From assembly GCF_009914755.1 (NCBI RefSeq), contig NC_060933.1: a stretch of DNA of 64,000 nucleotides. One strand, written 5' to 3'. The stretch is from the human T2T-CHM13v2.0 reference genome, Homo sapiens. Shown in pieces: positions 1 to 14,039 of the stretch. Under the pieces are notes generated by a model. It searched no databases and had not been told where the DNA came from. It was given only the letters and a program-made list of their open reading frames with translations. Each line of letters begins with the position of its first letter. The stretch's first letter is position 1. The position numbers and the translations under genes were made by a program.

Positions 1-555
1 ATTAGACCACAGGAGACAGCCTCATGCCAGAAGAGCCACCTGTCACAGGCTGGACCCAACCAGGAGCTCTTTTCTGTGGAATTTGGAAACAGCACATTAA
101 ACTCTTTAGTTCTCTGAAATGAGAAGTGGTATGAAGCTAGGGCTGGGGTAGCCACAGACAGCCAACGTGCAGAGGAAGTCAGAGTACCCAGAAGAAAACA
201 GATCAGACACCGCAAGAGCCATAAGGTCCGAGAAAGACACATACTCCCAACTAGCCATTAAATACTTTTGATGAACTCAGGAAAACATCTGTCCACCTTC
301 AGGTCTGTGCCCCATGTCCCCTTTTCCCTGACTTCTCTTGAGGTCGCCAGCAGAGGCTGTAGAAGACCTCTGCAGACACCTTCTGGGCCCTGACATGGAA
401 GTTCTCTGGACCTGAAAAAACACCGCTATAGATGATGGGAATCCCACTGTCTGAGGATCACTGATTTTTGACAGTCTAGAGATATTCAAGGACCTGAACA
501 AGTTCACAAAGCTTGTAAGTAATTAAATCCAGGACTGCAATCCCAACAGTCATAG

Positions 556-1285
556 TGAGAGGTGAAGCCAGCTGAGCTTCTGGGTCAGGTGGGTACTTGG
601 AGAACTTTTGTGTCTAGCTAAAGGATTGCAAATGCACCAATCAGCACTCTGTAAAACTGCACCAGTCAGCAATCTGTGTCTAGCTAAAGCATTGTAAACG
701 CACCAATCAGCACTCTGTAAAATGGACCAATCAGCACTCTGTAAAATGGACCAATCAACACTCTGTAAAATGGACCAATCAGAAGGATGTGGGCAGGGCC
801 CAGTAAGGAAATAAAAGCTGGCCACCCAAGCCAGCAAGGGCAACCTGCTCAGCAGTGGCAACTGGCTCGGGTCCCCTTCCCCATTGTGGAAGCTTTGTTC
901 TTTTGCTCTTCACAATAAATCTTGCTGCTGCTCACTCCTTGGGTCCGCACTATCTTTATGAGCTGTAACACTCAGTGTGAGTTTCTGTGGCTTCATTCCT
1001 GAAATCAGCAAGACCACGAACCCACGGGGAGAAACGAACAACTCCGGAGGCGCCACCTTTAAGAGCTGTAACACTCACTGCAAAGGTCTGCAGCTCCACT
1101 CCTTAAGTCAGAGAGATCACCAACCCACTGGAAGGAAGAAACTCTGGACACATCTGAACATCTGAAGGAACAAACTCTGGACACACCATCTGTAAGAACT
1201 GTAACATTCACTGCGAGAGTCTGCGGCTTCATTCTTGAAGTGAGTGAGACCAAGAATCCACCAGAAGGAACCAATTCCAGACACA
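556..1285 (+). mobile_element. LTR12-family (ERV9) solo LTR
   Basis: Begins TGAGAGGTGAAGCCAGC and ends GACACA. 4-bp TSD ATAG (552-555/1286-1289). CCAAT boxes at 637, 703, 727, 751, 775. AATAAA at 914-919. Repeated GTAACACTCACTGC-type U5 units. Confidence 0.9.
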
Positions 1286-2214
1286 ATAGCATGTTCTTCC
1301 CCTAATATTACTCACTGCCCTCCCATGTGAAGCAAGATAAAGAACAGGGTATTCAATTGACTCTGCTCTTCATTTGGAGCTGTTGTTCACAGATTGTATG
1401 TAGAGTTTTTTTCATTTGCAGAAGACTTGAAATGCATCATACTTGAAAGAGAAATTGGACCATTATGGGGAAAGATAGTGATTTTTAAAAATAGTTACTC
1501 ATAATGGGTAGTTTCTAAAAGTTAAGTTATTGACCAGCACTGGGAGAAACTTAACTGATTTTTTACATTACAACCCCAATTTGTTAACATTAGAATGAAG
1601 GGCTTTTGGATAGTCTAGATATTTAAAATATAAGGATATATTTTGCTTAGCAGCTAATTTGACAGCCATTTAGAAACATTTTTCTTTCCTTTTAGAGAAA
1701 CAACCAGAGAAACTTCAAAGTTACTTTGAACAAGCTGGTAAAGACAATAAAACAGAATAGTAGGGTATGCTATGCAGGGAGTACGTCTTTAATCCCCAGA
1801 GTCATTGTTTTGAAGACTTGCAAAGTTCAAAACTGAACAGCAACTTAACCTTAGTGTTTGTTAATGTCAGTATGAACTCACAAAGCCTAATAAATGCTGG
1901 ACTCAAGTGTAGGCATCCCAGAAAGGGCAGAGAGCCTCCCAGAGTATAAGGAGTAGATGAAGTCTTTGCAAACCATTCTTATCATCAATATTTAATCAAG
2001 CCCCCCAAACACCAGATTACATCCCCCCCCACCCCCCCGCCCCACCGGAGTTAATTCTCTGCAGGGCATTTTTTATTACATGCAAGTTAGTAAACAATCC
2101 TAACTCTCTTCTCTAGGGTGCGAGCTCCACAGAGCTGCTGGCAGGATCTCCCACTCAGACTCAAGTGCTCAGGCAAGTACACTTCTTCATTCTTCATTGC
2201 CTAGAACAGACCTT

Positions 2215-2480
2215 TATGCTTATTTAATAACATCTACCTATGCCTTACTGTGGATGCACGCATTGTTCTACTTGCTTAATACTGATTCAATCCTCTCAAT
2301 AACTCTGTTGAGTCAGGTTCTATCTCCCTTTTACTGATGAGAACGCTGAGGTACACAGAAATAGAAACTTCACTGTGAAATGGTTTAACATGACACAGTT
2401 AGGGAGCAGAAAGGCTGGGATTTGAACCAAGATAGGCTGGCTCCACAGTCTGCGCTTGGAACTGCAATACTCTGCCACTT
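2215..2480 (+). mobile_element. MIR SINE fragment
   Basis: MIR core-like words (ttttactgatgagaacgctgaggtacacaga ... gggatttgaacc); boundaries approximate. Confidence 0.6.
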
Positions 2481-2653
2481 CTCGTAGTCAATCATCGCTT
2501 AATCATGTGTTAAATCAAGTTAAGAAAAGTGACAAGAATGGAATGGAGATAATATATCTTTAAGGAAATATTAGCAAACTACAAATCCACTCAGAAAAAC
2601 CAAAACATTAACAGATTTAAAGTCAGCCTAATTCAGATATTGGGCATTTCTGA

Positions 2654-2745
2654 AGAAGAAAGAAGGAAGGAAGGGAGGAAAGCAAGGAAAGCAAGGAAAG
2701 GAAAGAAAGGAAGGAAAGGGAGGAAAGGAACGAACGAACGAACAA
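2654..2745 (+). repeat. (GGAA/GAAA)n purine-rich simple repeat
   Basis: Visible degenerate AAGG/GAAA/GAAC run. Confidence 0.85.
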
Positions 2746-2748
2746 AGG

Positions 2749-2878
2749 GGGCCAGGCACAGTAGCTCCTCACACCAGCACTTTGGGAGTCCGAGGTGGGA
2801 AGATTGCTTGAGCCCAGGAGTTTGAGACTAACCTAGGCAACATAGTGACACCTCATCTCTATATTTTAAAAAAGAAGA
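2749..2878 (+). mobile_element. Alu left monomer (FLAM-like)
   Basis: ggccaggcacagtagctc...cctcatctcta plus A-rich tail; no right arm. Confidence 0.8.
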
Positions 2879-3215
2879 AGAAATGCTACTCTTTAAGGCT
2901 TTTTTTTTTTTTTTTTTTTTTTTTTTTGTGGGGGAAAAGACTATTTATCTATGTTACTCTCCAGCTCAAAATCCATCCATGGCTCTTTGCTGGCGAGTTC
3001 ACATTCTGAGACATGTAAGAGTCCCTCTGCAATTTGCCTCCAGCAAGCTTCCGGCACGATCTCCTGCAGGCTCAAGTACTCAGGCAGACATGATGTCTTC
3101 CGTGTCTCTCTGACTGCCCTGCCCTGCAGCAAGGGCAGCCGCACTAAACCCCAACATACCCTTTCCTCCAGGGCCTGTGCTCCTCTCCCGCCTAATCCTC
3201 ACACCAACCTTAAGA

Positions 3216-3499
3216 ATATCGCAAGGACAAAAAACCAAACACCGCATGTTCTCACTCATAGGTGGGAACTGAACAATGAGAACACATGGACACAGGAAGG
3301 GGAACATCACACACCGGGGACAGTTGTGGGGTGGGGCGAGGGGGGGAGGGATAGCATTAGGAGATATACCTAATGCTAAATGACGAGTTAATGGGTGCAG
3401 CACACCAACATGGCACATGTATAGATATGTAACTAACCTGCACGTTGTGCACATGTACCCTAAAACTTAAAGTATAATAATAATAAAATTTAAAAAAAA
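3216..3499 (+). mobile_element. L1PA 3' end (5'-truncated LINE-1)
   Basis: caaaaaaccaaacaccgcatgttctcactcatagg ... taccctaaaacttaaagtataataa plus A tail. Confidence 0.9.
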
Positions 3500-4849
3500 G
3501 TGGCAGAGCCAGCATTTGAAACCAGGCAGTCTCACTCCAGCTTCACTTTCCTCATCACTTCTCCATCCTAAAGCCTTCCCCGGCTACCCCATCCCAAAGC
3601 GCCTCTCCCACCCCTCACATCCTACATCACTTGTTTTATTGGTCTCATTCATCTAAGGGTAGCTGTTTCCACCCCTCCACCACCCATCCCGAGACATGTC
3701 ATCTTTCCAAATAAACTATAAATCACCTGAAGGTCAGTAATAAATATTTTAATATCAATGGAGGGAATGACGTTTAAAACTGCCCACTACAGAACAGAAT
3801 CAGAACATGTTACTCTGAACGGATCCATCTGCAGACTATAAGGTCGAATAGATCATGTTTACTGCTGTAATTGGAATATGAAGTTGTACTCTAATAATAT
3901 CTGAAATTTGACATATACCCACTTGTACTCATTTTATAAGATGAAAGGTATTTATGAACAATTAAACATTAATTCTGATATCCAAAAAAGGCCATTTTTA
4001 AGGAGCATAACATAGCTTAACATGAAAAGTACATGAAATCTACAATAAAAATTCAATCTTAACGTGAAAGTTTTTCTTTTTTTTCTTGGCATCTCTATCT
4101 GGATTCTGCTAAAGATAAGTCATCAGCAAGTATCTGTTAAAGGCTGTTCTTTGTGTTTTTTTTCCTTAATCAGAATTTATGAAGTCAATTTTATTTAAAT
4201 TAAAAATAAGAATTCTTCTTAAAACATGTAATATGAAACCAAGTCCTCAATTTTTTTTCCTTCCTCTTAATTTGTAACAGAGACTCTAAGAAAATAAAAT
4301 CTAAGGTTAAGGAAATTTCCATCGATATGAAGAAAATATTTTCCAAAATTAAAATAACAAGTTCCTCCCTGGTTAACATAACTGATTTAAGTTGCAGATA
4401 CATGGCTGCCCCTGAGATCACCTTCCTCCACAAGCTCTGTGAAAGGGCCAAATCCACATCCTTTTCAGCAATTTTTGAGTCCTCTATGGGACTACCTTTT
4501 TTATGAAATGCTGCACATACTACCAATGCTTCATAAATATTTCATGATACATTAACCAGTCCTGGAATTTCCTGCAAGACTGCACAAAATCTTTAAAATG
4601 GTGCACTGTAAGCTGTAAAATAATCAGATATAAAAGTAAGCTATATCAATCCCTTCATTAACAATTTTTTACAAGAATTTTAGAAAAAGTAGTGTTACTA
4701 CATTTTAATCTCAGGAGGGAGATTTGCTATTTATATTACTTTACTAAAAGGCTTTTAGAATTACACTTTTTTTTTTTATATCAGATACTATTTTCTCAGT
4801 TGGACCAGAGCCTTCATATTGTACTCTACAATCAAAAATGGCCCATTGT

Positions 4850-5140
4850 GGGAGTTGGGGGAACTAATTAAGTTGGTTAATGGATACAAAAATAAGTTGG
4901 ATAGAAGAAATAAATTACAGTGTTTGATAATACAGTAGGGTGACTATAGTTATAATTTGCCATATATTTCAAAATAGCTAGAAGATTATTTGTAAGCTTC
5001 CCAATACAAATAAATGATCAATGTGTGAAGTGATAGATATGCTAATTACCCTAATTTGATTGTTACATGTTATATGAATATATCAAAATGTCACTTGTAC
5101 CCCAGAAATATGTACAATCATTATGTATCAATTTTTTAAA
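4850..5140 (+). mobile_element. old L1MA 3' UTR fragment
   Basis: ttggttaatggatacaaaa ... gtagggtgactatagtt ... tatgtatcaat resembles L1MA 3' end. Confidence 0.65.
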
Positions 5141-5634
5141 TGGTCCAGTGTGACTCGAAAATAGACCAGACTATAAATTTTAACACCTAGCAGTGTCTGA
5201 TACCCAGTAAAATATGAATAAAATTTAATTGATTGACCTAAATTGTGCCTGAAGCTTAACATGTTCCCATATATTAAAATTAATCTCAATGTTTCTATTT
5301 CCTTATCTGTAAAATAAAAGAGCTAGAGACCACTAAGATCCCTTTCAGCTTTAAAAGTCTGATTAACGTTTTACTTTACAGCAACCCTGCCTTGCGCCAC
5401 CCACTCCCCCACCTAACCAGAGTTTCAAATTTAGTCATCTGGGAAAGAACAGCTCAATAGACTGAAAACATCGCCAGGGAAAAGAGAGGCTAAAATCAAG
5501 GAATCGAATTTCCAAACTAAGCAATGCTTCCCATGTTGAGGGACCCACAGTAAGATAATAATATATGGGAAAATACTTTTTGAATTTTCAAAATACTGTA
5601 AAGATGGAAGGTGGTTTAATATTATAAAATGCTG

Positions 5635-7377
<1,743 letters not shown>

Positions 7378-8520
7378 CTATTCAAAGCACTCCCCCACCA
7401 TGTAGCTTCTTAAGTCAAGATAATTAAGTGGTACATTAGTTTCAAAAAAAATTTAGATGCTGACCTTACTGTTTCTGCAAACCACAATACTCTGCTTTTT
7501 TGGTGCTGATTATGTTGAAAAGAGAATATTATGACATTCTATGGTAATAATTCCAATTGCAAGATTTTGATCTTCAAGGAAAGAAGTAGAGCATTGTTGT
7601 GGAGGCAAAGCCTTGAGCTTGACGCAGTAAAATATGTCTGATTTTTTTTTTAGCCCAGCAAAGCTCACTGAAAAGTTTTACAAGTGATTGGAATCTTTAA
7701 ATTTAGACATTTGAAACACTTTTCACTTCGTAATCTGCCATCTACTCTGAAAGGCGTACCACTTTCCTGAGCTCTGCTGGACCCTAAACTCTAATTGCTC
7801 ATTTTAGAAAACTAAAGATAAATCTATTTAAAAATAAAATAAAATCCAGAACTCCGAAGGTTTTGCTTTTCCATTCAGGCTGATTTGGTTTAACCCGCAG
7901 TGAGAATTGATCAGGAAACGTCTGCCATCTTGTGGCCAAATATAAGAACTTGCTCCAAGAGAGTCACCCATTGGTGGCTTTTCCTCAGCAGCCGTGGGCA
8001 GCTGCTCCTGCAGATGGACACCTTCTTATCCAGGCCTCTGAGCATCTCCAGAGCCCACTCGCCAACAAGTACAATGTCCTCAAAAGTTAAAGTTGAAAGG
8101 ACATTAAAGAATTATTTGCTCAAGAAAAACTTCGGAAGAAGAGAATGTGAGAGAGAAGGGGGAATAAATGTGCCTCTCTCCCTCCCTGGCAGCCCTGAGG
8201 GTCTCCACAAATCTCCAGGATTAAAAAATGGGGGAACTGAAGCCCAGAGAGAACCAGTGACTCACTCAGGAACCCCGGTCTCCCCCTCCCACTCAAGGGC
8301 GCTGTCTCTGACTTCTTCATGCATGCTTGTCTTCCAGATTTCCCATTGCTTTTTCCCATGACCTCAGACTGGAAAAGCCAAATATAGACTTCCACAGCTT
8401 AGAAAACACCTATAAAATTCCTCGCTCCATCCCAACCAGTCACTGAGCAGATTTAATTGGGGTGGGAGGGATTTAATTGGGGTGGGAGAGATCAAGACTT
8501 CCAAATAATGAGACTCAAGA

Positions 8521-8721
8521 TCAGTGTTGTCCAACAGAACTTTCCGCAGTGATGGAAACACTCCCTATCTGCATGTGCCGGTATGGGAGTGACTATACTC
8601 GAGTAGCTACTGAGCACTTGACATGTGGCTTGTGCAGCTGAGAAACTGAATTTTTAGTTTTATTTAACTTTCATTTATTTAAATGAAATTGCCACAGCTG
8701 GCTACCATACTGGACAGTACA
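8521..8721. mobile_element. MER3-like hAT-Charlie DNA transposon
   Basis: Termini cagtgttgtccaacagaacttt ... ccatactggacagtaca; tagctactgagcacttga core. Confidence 0.7.
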
Positions 8722-9271
8722 TCTCTAAATCTTACATTCCTAACCCAGTCCAGCATGTTATGACCTTGACAAACAAAAAACGCCATCCATTCATTCAAAA
8801 AGATATGTGTTAGCTGTTAATAAAGAAAACTGTGTTGCTATGATACAGTGCACACACAAAAATAGAAAATATCTGTTTTCCCAGCGTACATATAATTAAT
8901 CAAGGATATAAAGCATGCTGATGCATAGAGGATGAGAACACGGAGCGGGGTTTTTCTTTGATGGGGAGCCACAGGGCTGGGTTAACAGGGAACTTACAAG
9001 TGAAACCGGGCCTTACAAGTCCAGCAGGAGGAGGGAACATAGGTATTTTAGAGAAAGGGAAAGGATAAGGATCAGAAAAGGGACATCAGCAGGTCCACTC
9101 AGGGGATGCCAAGAAACCTGATCCAATTCAAGGTGTAGTTTCATGTAAGGGAATCATGGGAGAAAAAAAAACTAGGAAGGTAATTTAGGAACAGTTTCCA
9201 AACACAAAAATGAGAGAACCAGGGAGGTTGTAACCGGAATAAAAGGGAAGGGACCAATTAAAGAAAGATTA

Positions 9272-9747
<476 letters not shown>

Positions 9748-10170
9748 TTAATGAGACAGATGGATCACCAAAGCACTTTGAGAAGATGAAAATGAAACTG
9801 GAATTCAGAAGACAGGAGAAACTATTGGCTGAAACCATAAAATGGAGGAGAAAATACAGGATGAGGAGAGAAGAAAAGGAGAAGAGACACAAGAACAGAC
9901 TCTGCTTCCAATGGAAAGTGACTCCTTTGCAGGGACAGAATGAGAACAGAGTCAGAGAAGGAACACCCAAATGAGTCATAACCCTACTGCAGGGGCAGGA
10001 GGGACACTTCTCACTATATATGCTCTGCACCTCTTAATGAGCATTCTGCCTTCCTACCTAGACTGCACGCTGTGCAAAGATGGAGACTATGTCTTATACA
10101 TTCAATCCCAATGCCTAGAACAATGCAGGAGGACACAGGAGGGTAATGTAAAGCATCCCAGTAGAAAGAA

Positions 10171-10463
10171 GGCCTTAGTGGCTCATGCCTGTAATCCCAG
10201 CACTTTGGGAGGCCGAGGCAGGCGATCACCTGAGATCAGGAGTTCAAAACCAGCCTGGACAACATGGTTGAAACCCTGTCTCTACTAAAAATACAAAAAT
10301 TAGCCAGGCATGGTGGCATGTGCCTGTAATCCCATCTACTCAGGAAGCTGAGGCAGGAGAATCACTTGAACCCTGAGGCATAGGTTGCAGTGAAGCGAGA
10401 TGGCACCACTGCACTCCAGCCTGGGCAACAGAGCAAGACACTGTCTCCAAAAAGAAAAAAGAA
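10171..10463 (+). mobile_element. AluS
   Basis: Dimeric Alu with A tail. Confidence 0.9.
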
Positions 10464-11499
10464 AGGCGGCCTTAGAAAAAAAGGTTTTGCTTGGTAACAT
10501 GTAGTCCTAGACTATACACTGCTCTGGCCCCACTTAACAAAGCTCAAAAGCAAGACCCACGTTTGTACATGATCTAGTTCAGTGAGTCCCAGTCCTAGCA
10601 AATGGCCAGAATCACCTTTAGACAGTTGACAGGGCCCACTCTGAGATTATCAATTCAACGGCCTGAGCAACTGATAGTTTTCAAACTCCCTGTGTGATTC
10701 TAATCAGCAGCCAGAGTTGGGAACCATTTATTGATGCCAGAGATATAGAAGGTTGCTGATCCAGTTTTTAGAGTGCCCTTTAATTCTCCACACTACTGAT
10801 ACCATTTTTATATGCATGTGTCATATTTGCCCTTTTTTCAGATTTCAGGACACTAACATATTAAGCACAATCCATGTACCAGGACTCACATACATGATCT
10901 TAACTCTTACAATAGTCCTATGAGGTACGTATTGTTGGTACAGATGAGGCGACTATGACCTGGAGTTTAGTTACCAATCTAAGATCCCACAATTAATGAC
11001 AGCCCAGGAAAGGTGACCTCAGAACCCTCTTGCCTGTTGCTCCTCTGCTGCCCACTCCCTGCCCCAGCCAAGCAGAAACCCAGCTGCCCTGGGAAGCAGA
11101 TAGAAGGAGCCTCTAAGAGATCATGTGAGTGACAGCAGACCAGTCAGCCCGTGGGACTCTGACTAAAGTCCATGATTTCCCCCAGGACCACCTTTACTGC
11201 GCTTCCACCCAAAGATGGTCCTTAAAGGTTAGAAGGGAGACCTGGCAGGCCAGGCGACTGTGAAAGTAATGTTTTCATTATCCTTATTCAACTCTACACA
11301 ATGTGGAACAAGTTTTACTAATACCTTATACTTCTCTGACAAAGTAACAATCTCTCTGAATGAGAAATTCAGTTATACTACAGGAATTCTCCTCCCATCC
11401 TATCACTTTCCCAAAAGGAGCAAGACTGGTCCCACTGGGCCAGGTGTTCTCCCTCCTTGGCTGACACTTTCTGGGCTTCAGGGAAGGGAGTGCAGACTG

Positions 11500-12260
11500 C
11501 GCGGTCACGCCCATTTTCAACCCTCCTGCAGTTCTCAAGTGAAGCGGCACAGAAGGCCCGAAAACAGCCACATTCGCCAGAACTGATGTGGCGTCCGCGG
11601 GCACAACGCTAGTTGACACAATTGTGGCTTAAAAAACGTAGCAAGTGGACGAACCCACCGTGATGCCGCCTGATGAAGCAGCTGGGGGAGGCTTCCCTTC
11701 CTCGGGAGTCTGAAAACCCAGGCTCCCCCAGCCTTGCCCTGGGCGTGGCCACCTTACCCGCAGGAGCACAGTTCACAGATGCACTTCGTCTTCATGGGGG
11801 CGATCCTGAGGCCCTGACGTCCCCTCAGAGCATCGCCAGCTGCAGCCGACTCCTAGACCCCAACCACCTGTCTTGGGGCACGCCCAGGCTCGAGTGTCTT
11901 GGCAGGTGTTCTGTTTACTCGAAAGAAAATTTAAGTGGCCCTTTTGCAATGTCCTGTCGTCTGTTGCCCTCCTGGAGCTGGCCTAGCGCGAGGTAGCAGC
12001 AGGGGGCTTGCACGCGCGCCAGCCCGGGAGACCTCACCCTGCACGCCACCGCCCCGGCCTCCGCAGTCCAGACTTAAGCACCTGGAGCGGCTGACTGGGC
12101 CCCAGGAAGCTGCGGGGTCCGTGCCCAGGTAGCCTCTGTGATGTCGCCAGGGCCAGGAGGGGCACGCCTCAGGTGGCAATTACATCACAAGAGCCGCTTG
12201 TGAGGTCGGGAAGCTCCCAGCACCTCACTGGCAGGCCCAGGACAGGGGTTCCCCGGTGAA
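11500..12260 (-). promoter_or_regulatory. SAXO1: CpG-rich SAXO1 proximal promoter and 5'UTR (TSS about 12.1 kb)
   Basis: Local GC/CpG enrichment around and upstream of the SAXO1 start codon; TSS position approximate. Confidence 0.65.
11758..11795 (-). CDS. SAXO1: SAXO1 (FAM154A, stabilizer of axonemal microtubules 1) coding part of exon 1; rest of gene lies left of the window
   Basis: Minus strand ATG AAG ACG AAG TGC ATC TGT GAA CTG TGC TCC TGC GG|gtaagg = MKTKCICELCSC(G), the recognised SAXO1 N-terminus, followed by a canonical GT donor. Too short for the ORF track. Confidence 0.9.
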
Positions 12261-12619
12261 CCTTAGAAAAACCTGAAAAAGGTGGAAGTCACTAGAAAGC
12301 TCCTGGTGCAGTAAACGGTCACACGTGCAGAAAAGCTGAAAACTCCCTCACCATCACCTTGGGTGGCATTTGCTATCTCTAGGATCCATGGTGCCCCCTC
12401 TTAGGGGAATACAGCCTTGACTTCCAAAAGGCTTGCCTTGAACAGGGTTTCCAGATCTTCCTGTGGAAACCTAGGCCTTTGGCTTCAGATGTCTGTTAGA
12501 ATTGCTCTCACCCACAGACCTGCGCTCTTGCGAACACAGTGGTTTAAGAGCGCCCAGGCCTTGACTGCTCAGGTGGGTTCTCAATCACTTCTCCAGATGC
12601 TGGTAATGATGCCTTGAAG

Positions 12620-12799
12620 CAGGCGTTCTCAAATTCTAGTTGGCATCAGGACCACCTGGCTTGATGAAAACCAGATTGCCAGACCCCACCCCCAGTTTCT
12701 GATTCAGTGTTTCTAGGGTAGGCCAAAGACTTGCATTTCTTACAAGCTCTCAGGTAATGCTGGTTCTGCTGGGCCACGGACCACACTTTAAGAACTACA
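12620..12799. mobile_element. MER5A DNA transposon
   Basis: gttctcaaa ... ccccacccccagtttctgattcag ... ggaccacactttaagaactac. Confidence 0.8.
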
Positions 12800-13202
12800 G
12801 CTTTTGAGGTTCCTTTACACCCCCTGGAATAGTGTTTCTTCAGCTTACCTGATCCCGAGAGCACACCCCCACCCAGAAGTCTCCCTTGCATCAAAACCTC
12901 TAGTCCGGGAATCTAGCTTCAACAAGAAGCCAGGTGATTCTGGTCATGAAGCAAGTTCAAAAGACACTGCTCTGGCCAGTTGTTTGGACTTAAAACATTT
13001 TGACTTCCTGCTTATGGGAAATGGGAGCTTAAAGTATTGACAATCTTTATGCTTTTCTTTCCTATGCTTCCTAACTCTTTCCATTCATTTTAGTGAATGA
13101 GTCAGTCAGAGGCATCTTGGACTGCAAGACACTTAATATTCAGAGGGTTTCTTTTTGTGTGGGGGGGGTTAGGTTTTTTCCTTCAGTAATAGGCTCTAGA
13201 AT

Positions 13203-13475
13203 AGAGGTCAGCAAACTATTGTCTGCAGTTGGCCACTTGACTCTATCTGGCCATTGAGCTAAGAATGGTTTTCATATTTTTTAATGGTTGAAAAAATTAA
13301 AATAATAATATTACATGACAAATGAAACTTACCTAAAATTCAAATTTCAGTGTCTGTGAATAAAGTTTTGAATTTTTTCAAAAAATTTGTGTAAACATTC
13401 CCGATTTTGCCTCTTGGCCCACAAAAGCTAAAATATTCACTATCTGACATTTTACAGAGAGAGAGTTCCAACCCC
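13203..13475. mobile_element. MER58B-like DNA transposon
   Basis: aggtcagcaaact ... gagctaagaatggttttcata ... ggcccacaaaagctaaaatattcactatctg. Confidence 0.7.
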
Positions 13476-14039
13476 AGTTATAGGAAGTCAACAAGGTAGA
13501 TTCAGACAGGAGCAAAGCTTATTGATCATTCTTAAGAACAGTGGGGTGGGAAGCTGCTCCTTGCCTTCCCAGTAGGAAGTCAGAACTCTACAGGGGAGGA
13601 TGGAAACATGGCCAGACAAAAAAGACGTGGGAGCTATTGGAAGTCAAAGCAAAACCTGCATGCCATCCATTGCCATTGACAGAGAACATCACACAGTCCT
13701 TACAGAGGAAATACAGTGCTGGACACCAGCCTTCTCTTGATGGCTGCCTAAACATTATCCATAAATCTTTCAGCAGAAGAATGCCTGTTCATGCCCCCTG
13801 CCATTCAAACTGCCCTTGTGGGTGGCCACCTTGTCAACAATCATGGTACTCCCCACTTCCTCCATCCATGCCCTCAATAGAGGGTAGAGATCTTGAAAGA
13901 TGAAGATGGTGTGGACAAAATAGCCTCAACAATGATATACCTAAAGATCAGTGCTAGACAGTAGGGACAACCTCCCCTCACCTAGTTACACTTACTGTCC
14001 ATCTTTTGTTACATCCAGCCAAACTTACCCTGACCCATC

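Noticed and set aside
1-270. Possible old MLT1-type LTR fragment
   Set aside because: Resemblance too weak to call without an alignment
550-1292. ORFs with SADWSILQ repeats
   Set aside because: Translations of the LTR12 CCAAT tandem repeats; not a gene
2022-2046. C-rich run, potential G-quadruplex on the minus strand
   Set aside because: Short low-complexity tract with no supporting context
7900-8361. 153-aa ORF
   Set aside because: GTG start, no recognisable homology, partly repeat-like; lies in SAXO1 intron on the opposite strand
12179-12187. TGATGTAAT, C/EBP-ATF (amino-acid response)-like element near the SAXO1 promoter, tempting given RagA
   Set aside because: A single 9-mer is expected about 0.5 times by chance in 64 kb on two strands; it is 16 kb from RRAGA
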